NCBI GenBank assembly: GCA_964545665.1
Contig: CAZJGF010000002.1
Span: forward strand, 1-38,061
Source: an uncultured Dehalococcoidales bacterium
GTDB lineage: Bacteria; Chloroflexota; Dehalococcoidia; GIF9; AB-539-J10
DNA: 38,061 bases
Direction of reading: 5' to 3'
Part shown: piece by piece, positions 35,031 to 38,061 of the stretch
How the letters are laid out: each line of letters opens with the position of its first letter
Numbering within the stretch: the stretch's first letter is position 1
The notes under the pieces: generated by a model
The model's input: the letters and a program-made list of their open reading frames with translations, nothing else
What the model was told of the DNA's origin: nothing
Database searches by the model: none
Made by a program: the position numbers and the translations under genes

Positions 35031-35145
35031 TGCCTTTGCCTCCTCTTTCTTGTTTGTCAAGATTGCTTGTCTGTCTATCTTTCAGCTCCTTTCATCTTTT
35101 AGTATGCCAACTTCTTCCCTTTGGGTTGTTCCCACCTTGCTGATA

Positions 35146-35161
35146 TGCAATTTTCTTGCCA
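35146..35161 (-). promoter_or_regulatory. Sigma-54 (-24/-12) promoter upstream of the two REC genes
   Basis: Minus strand reads TGGCAAGAAAATTGCA, against the consensus TGGCACG-N4-TTGCA. GG and GC have the exact 10-nt separation, with one mismatch in the -24 hexamer. About 115 nt upstream of the ATG at 35030. Confidence 0.6.
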
Positions 35162-35194
35162 AAATAGAAAGCTACCCAAATTTTCTGGGTAGCT
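35161..35194 (-). terminator. Rho-independent terminator candidate after the EBP remnant
   Basis: Minus strand reads AGCTACCCA-GAAAATT-TGGGTAGCT: a perfect 9-bp stem with a 7-nt loop, followed by TTCTATTTT. The T-tract abuts the -24 element of the sigma-54 promoter. Confidence 0.5.
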
Positions 35195-35252
35195 TTTGTT
35201 GCCAAGGAAGACCAAAGACTTGTAATACTTTTGCAGCCTGTAAAGACATTGG

Positions 35253-35611
35253 TCACACAGTGTCTATTTTCTTTACGCCACGACCATTGCCTCTCGCCTT
35301 GTTGTAGAGTGTCATTCTGGTGATTCCTAAGATTCTAGCCGCCACGCTACAATTTCCTCCAGTTTCACAGAGGACATTCAATATATGGCTTTTCTCCACC
35401 CCTTTAGGGCCCCCCGCGGTACAGTTGCGCGAGCTGGCGGCATATTTTCATGAAGTGAATCGACAACTGTGACAAGGCCAGCTTCGGCTAGGATGGTTGC
35501 CCTTTCGATAGCATTTTCCAACTCACGAACGTTTCCCGGCCAGTCATAATCGAGCAGAAACTCTGTTACCTTTCGGGAGAATCCAGCGACCTCTTTTTGA
35601 TACTCCGAGGA
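35253..35611 (-). pseudogene. 3' remnant of a sigma-54 enhancer-binding protein (NtrC-family AAA+ activator), 5'-truncated and frameshifted
   Basis: Minus-strand translation gives [47 protein letters not shown].... After a -1 shift near the C6/G6 homopolymer at 35410-35415 it continues [37 protein letters not shown] (Fis-type HTH), with a stop at 35253-35255. An in-frame TGA at 35612-35614 and the rpoN-like stop at 35662 leave no room for Walker A/B. The track lists no ORF of 60 aa or more here on this strand. Confidence 0.7.
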
Positions 35612-35661
35612 TCAGCCGCTGCGTCTTGGGGCTAAAGACCGGACTCATTTGCATGTCTTCT

Positions 35662-36765
35662 CTAGTTCTTAGAGGAGTTCTTTCTCTTCCATGCTGGAGC
35701 TATCTTCAACTCCTTCCTTAGACTTGCTACCAAGCGGCGGGAAATAGAAACACCAAATGCTTCTTGCAACTTGTCCTTAATTGCTTCGTCCGATAGGGGC
35801 TCCGTCTCAGCTTCAAGGAAGCGTCTGACTAGTTCCTTCTTAAACCTTCTTGGTCGAGGGAAGAAATCCTTGAGGGCTTTCTCTTCGCCCCAGGGTGTGT
35901 CTAAGCTTCTGCCCCTGATGGCACGGCTAATTGAGCTTGGAACAACTTCAATCTTTTCGGCCAGCTCCCGTTGACTGAAGGGTAGAAGTGCTTTGGTATC
36001 ACCGGATTCGAAGTAGAGCGCTTGTTGTTCCACGATACCTTGCAGTATCCGAGTTATCGTGTCCTTACGGCTATTGATTAGCTCCAGTCTTTTGAATAGC
36101 TGCCTGATTTCCCCCACTTCAGCACCACCAATAGCTCCATTCCCTCTCAATTCCTCAAACCTTTCATAGTCAATCGAATATCTTCCCCGGGCAGAAGAAG
36201 GTGAGAAATAACCAATGACAAATCCCGCTGGCCCCCTTTCCACCGCGGCAACCTTGGAATAGCGAATTCCATGCTCCGGACTAAGTGCAGTGGGGTGACA
36301 GAACTCACTCATAATGGAGAACTCATCGACAAGGCTGTTTATTCTCCGAACCTCCGAAAGTTCTAGATTGCATTCTTGGGCTATCTTCTCCAGGCTTATT
36401 TCCTCTTCAGGATATAAGAAATATCGCTTAAAGTTTTCCAGCCCCAGTTTCTGTATCTGACGGACAACGTCTTCCTTATCTAGCAGAAGAGATTCGACGT
36501 GAGGAGATCCTGCGCCAACTACAATCTCCTCATTAAGCTGATAGAAACGAGACGAAATGTCTGTCTTAGGGTATTTCTGGTAGCGTACTATTTTCGCCTC
36601 CCGATATAACTTTTTGAATAGGGGACTATTTTCTAGCTCTCTGATGAGCCTGTTAAACTCGTCTTCAGGCATTTCCAGCAAACTGGCCTGTTCCAATCGG
36701 GCAATAAGTTTGAACTCTTGCCGCGCTTGCAGAGATTGTGTTTGCTGAATCTCCAACGTACCCAT
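35662..36765 (-). CDS. rpoN: Short, divergent sigma-54 (RpoN)-like protein
   Basis: 367 aa. Region-I-like Gln/Leu-rich N-terminus (QQTQSLQARQEFKLIARLEQASLLEMPEDEFNRLIRELENSPLF). DNA-binding region RKDTITRILQGIVEQQALYFESGDTKALLPFSQRELAEKIEVVPSSISRAIRGRSLDTPWGEEKALKDFF. RpoN-box-like ISRRLVASLRKELKIAPAWKRK, against the canonical ARRTVAKYRE. No SD before the ATG. Confidence 0.7.
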   Translation of the reverse strand: MGTLEIQQTQSLQARQEFKLIARLEQASLLEMPEDEFNRLIRELENSPLFKKLYREAKIVRYQKYPKTDISSRFYQLNEEIVVGAGSPHVESLLLDKEDVVRQIQKLGLENFKRYFLYPEEEISLEKIAQECNLELSEVRRINSLVDEFSIMSEFCHPTALSPEHGIRYSKVAAVERGPAGFVIGYFSPSSARGRYSIDYERFEELRGNGAIGGAEVGEIRQLFKRLELINSRKDTITRILQGIVEQQALYFESGDTKALLPFSQRELAEKIEVVPSSISRAIRGRSLDTPWGEEKALKDFFPRPRRFKKELVRRFLEAETEPLSDEAIKDKLQEAFGVSISRRLVASLRKELKIAPAWKRKNSSKN

Positions 36766-36775
36766 TTGTATAAAT

Positions 36776-36805
36776 CTTTTACATCATATCGTACTGCATT
36801 GTCAA
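36776..36805 (-). promoter_or_regulatory. Possible sigma-70 promoter giving a nearly leaderless rpoN-like mRNA
   Basis: Minus strand reads TTGACA (36800-36805), 18 nt, TAAAAG (36776-36781). The ATG begins 11 nt after the -10 hexamer and lacks an SD. Weak -10; speculative. Confidence 0.25.
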
Positions 36806-37055
36806 AAGGACTATTTTTGCTGGAATGTCACTGCTGTCTAACCTTCGTGGTAGTTGAGCTGAGGTAACTGGCAAAGCTATTATTAGACAGCCTCTCCGAA
36901 TGTGTCAGGCACTATGTCCATGAGGTTTTGAAGTTAATGTGTCCCAGGCGAAATCACCTTTCAGAAGCGAAGCAGCAGCAAGCTCTTACCATCGCTAGAG
37001 AATTAGCGTCACTCTGGACAAGTAAGTTTGATCCACCTTGTTTGCTGTTCTAGAA

Positions 37056-38060
37056 CTAGCATGGAAAGGGCTTCTCACCCAAAGCCATGCGGCAAAGGTC
37101 AATCAAATATATTTGCGGCAAGCCGCGCTCCTCACAACCCTTTCTAAGAGCTAGCTGGCACCAGGGACAGATGAATGCCATGGCTTCAGCTCCATGTTCC
37201 TGTGCGTCAGTAAGGTTCATGTCCTGGACTTTGCTGGCCAATTCTGGCTTGAGACGGCCAAAGGAAAAGGTGCAACAGAGCGCATCCTCACGGTCATGCT
37301 TCCTGGCCACTCGCTGCACGCCAATCAGGTCAAACAGTTCATCTATCCAGGGATCTAGCTCTGGTGTCCATCTCCCTGAGCAAGAACGCTGGTAGGCGAT
37401 CTTCCTATTCAGCTTGGTAATGCCGCCCTTATGCTCCTTAAGATAGTTCAACACATATTCAACAATGTGAATTGACTTGAAGGACGGTTTCACACCATAA
37501 TCTGCTGCTATCCTATTTGCCATAGCATAACATTCGTCATGCAGAAAGATAATTTCCCTGGCGCCCAGCTTAGCCAAGTTATCGAAGAACCTGTGCACAT
37601 TTGCTTTGACAACGCTCTCCAGAGCTGCGTGGAGGTAAACCACGTAGCACCAATAATCGCCTCCCTTGACTATTGTCAGGCCCTCGAACATTTTGCTCTC
37701 GAGTACCCCCTCAGAAAGCACAGGCCCAGCAATACACACGGAAAGGACAGGTTTGTCATGATCTCCCTTGATTACTTCGTTAGGGACTTCCATTCCTCTA
37801 TCAAGAAAAGCGCGCGTCTTTTCCGGTATAACTAACGCTCCGGTCTCTTCTTGAAGCCGCATGATCAAATCGTAAGGATTAGCCCCCGTGGGGCAATACT
37901 CGTTGCAGGCCAAGCACGTGATGCACTCCTTTAGAATCGGAGCCTCTTTGCCTTCCGTTAAGGCAATGAACTCTCTGATAGCCCGGTCCCTATCGTAATC
38001 AACGTACTGGCATTTCACCAAGCAATCCCCGCACAGATTACACTTTGATCTATCAAACAC
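37056..38060 (-). CDS. HdrD/GlpC-like Fe-S CCG-domain oxidoreductase, possibly 5'-truncated by the window edge
   Basis: 334+ aa. CNLCGDCLVKCQ and CITCLACNEYCPTG ferredoxin motifs. C-terminal CCG-type motif DALCCTFSFG with ICPWCQ. The first CCG domain appears degenerate. The track start is a GTG 1 nt from the window end. Confidence 0.65.
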   Translation of the reverse strand: MFDRSKCNLCGDCLVKCQYVDYDRDRAIREFIALTEGKEAPILKECITCLACNEYCPTGANPYDLIMRLQEETGALVIPEKTRAFLDRGMEVPNEVIKGDHDKPVLSVCIAGPVLSEGVLESKMFEGLTIVKGGDYWCYVVYLHAALESVVKANVHRFFDNLAKLGAREIIFLHDECYAMANRIAADYGVKPSFKSIHIVEYVLNYLKEHKGGITKLNRKIAYQRSCSGRWTPELDPWIDELFDLIGVQRVARKHDREDALCCTFSFGRLKPELASKVQDMNLTDAQEHGAEAMAFICPWCQLALRKGCEERGLPQIYLIDLCRMALGEKPFPC

Positions 38061-38061
38061 G

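Noticed and set aside
32724-35307. Two plus-strand ORFs both beginning MMASSSTIN (32724..32948 and 34993..35307), suggestive of a repeated small gene
   Set aside because: Both are antisense to the duplicated REC N-termini (VEDEAIM codons). The shared start is a by-product of the REC duplication.
1-38061. CRISPR arrays, transposases, integrases, phage or defence genes, rRNA or complete tRNA genes
   Set aside because: I saw no spaced direct repeats, no ORF with transposase, integrase or nuclease hallmarks, and no full tRNA or rRNA structure. The window is a metabolic/regulatory locus.

Overview
Positions 2.1-31.3 kb form one co-directional, tightly packed minus-strand block of 27 genes for cytoplasmic anaerobic redox metabolism. 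I saw no mobile elements, CRISPR arrays, or complete rRNA/tRNA genes. Reading 5'->3' on the minus strand, the block has three parts. (i) A 16-gene operon (31334->12171): HdrD-like, HdrL (HdrA with an inserted GltD/NfnB-type NAD(P)H module), MvhD, HdrD-like, an HdrA-N/FlxB-C chimera, Cys-type FdhA, a FlxB-N/HdrA-C chimera, HdrA, MvhD, DsrE-like, TusA, MvhD, HdrA core, HdrA, and two FlxB/C (AsrA/HydB-beta)-like Fe-S proteins. (ii) mvhDGA plus a maturation protease. (iii) A second, Tat-less uptake-type [NiFe]-hydrogenase with its own protease, translationally coupled to a MetV paralogue and followed by metV-metF-DUF3786 (Wood-Ljungdahl methylene-THF reductase). Upstream at 31.7-36.8 kb lies an unusual regulatory region. 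It holds two paralogous receiver (REC) proteins: one fused to a GltD/NfnB-like flavoenzyme plus ferredoxin, the other to a TPR motif plus a duplicated 4-Cys motif. They are preceded by a near-consensus sigma-54 -24/-12 promoter, a decayed 3' remnant of a sigma-54 enhancer-binding protein, and a short divergent RpoN-like gene. The plus-strand left edge carries Moco genes (moaA and a moaC-MOSC fusion), and the right edge a further HdrD-like gene. The best candidates for undescribed biology are the reciprocal HdrA/FlxB chimeras bracketing fdhA, the REC-oxidoreductase fusion, the hydrogenase-MetV-MetVF linkage, and the TusA/DsrE pair embedded between mvhD genes. All functional calls rest on motif recognition by eye; no database search was possible.
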